64,000 nt of DNA from a virus: positions 1-64,000 of the IMG/VR virus record IMGVR_UViG_3300030012_001865; one strand, 5' to 3'. The notes under the pieces were generated by a model. That model was not told the origin of the DNA. It worked only from the letters and a program-made list of their open reading frames with translations, and did not search any database. This document shows, piece by piece, positions 63,785-64,000 of the stretch. A program made the translations under genes and the position numbers. Numbering within the stretch: the first letter of the stretch is position 1; the number at the start of each line of letters is the position of its first letter.

Positions 63785-64000
63785 TAATTGTTGTTACCGT
63801 ATAAAAATTTAAGAGAGTTTTCTACATCTCTATCGAACTGTTTAAATATAGGTAGTATGTCTCTAAGTTCTTTACCTATCTTTGTTCTACCTTTTCTTTT
63901 ACCTCTAGTATAAGTTTCAAAACCTCTTCCAGTTGCTAGTCTCGGTATCTCCTTTCCAAAAAATCTTAAAAATAATTCTATTGCATTCTCAAGCATGCTT
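63784..64000 (-). CDS. C-terminus of a longer protein entering from the right edge (possibly a large virion cargo/RNA polymerase-region protein)
   Basis: Frame is open to the window edge; ETYTRGKRKGRTK...ILPI resembles ends of crAss cargo proteins; only ~70 aa visible. Confidence 0.45.
   Translation of the reverse strand, partial: SMLENAIELFLRFFGKEIPRLATGRGFETYTRGKRKGRTKIGKELRDILPIFKQFDRDVENSLKFLYGNNN

Noticed and set aside
1-64000. Stop-codon reassignment (TAG or TGA), known in some crAss-like phages
   Set aside because: Genes tile densely under the standard code, core genes are unbroken, and TAG and TGA both serve as real stops
1-64000. Prophage or host-chromosome context for the T9SS and barrel genes
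   Set aside because: No integrase, att site or housekeeping genes are visible; the cassette is co-oriented and tightly coupled to phage lysis genes with similar base composition. An assembly chimera cannot be excluded without reads.

Overview
This window is a large part of a crAss-like (Crassvirales-type) podovirus genome, probably environmental or marine, infecting a Bacteroidota (Flavobacteria-like) host. Host clues are TTG-N19-TAnnTTTG promoters, signal peptides followed by Gln, and a T9SS C-terminal domain. Standard genetic code fits all long ORFs. From about 1 to 44,100 (minus strand) is the late/morphogenesis arm: nuclease, two HU/IHF-like proteins, GroES, TerS/TerL, portal, scaffold, major and auxiliary capsid proteins, ring and hub proteins, three large metzincin-like proteins (one of 3,304 aa), an exported-protein cassette, endolysin/holin and a tail fibre. 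From about 44,250 to 63,125 (plus strand) is the early/replication arm: PolA, SF2 and DnaB helicases, spore photoproduct lyase, DUF932, Sak4-like ATPase, SSB, primase, resolvase, exonuclease, rIIA/rIIB and UNG. A convergent minus-strand block starts at the right edge. Five observations stand out. (1) A phage-encoded host-envelope module (T9SS cargo, outer-membrane beta-barrel, membrane-anchored coiled coil, exported thioredoxin-fold protein) sits directly upstream of endolysin and holin. (2) The tail region holds one intact and two catalytically degenerate metzincin proteins, two with ~560-aa insertions inside the protease fold. (3) A ~130-nt structured RNA with two alternative folds lies at the head of the late arm. 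(4) There is a D-armless tRNA mimic. (5) An intact spore photoproduct lyase co-occurs with several tiny, very basic late proteins. All functional calls come from motif recognition by eye; no database searches were run.
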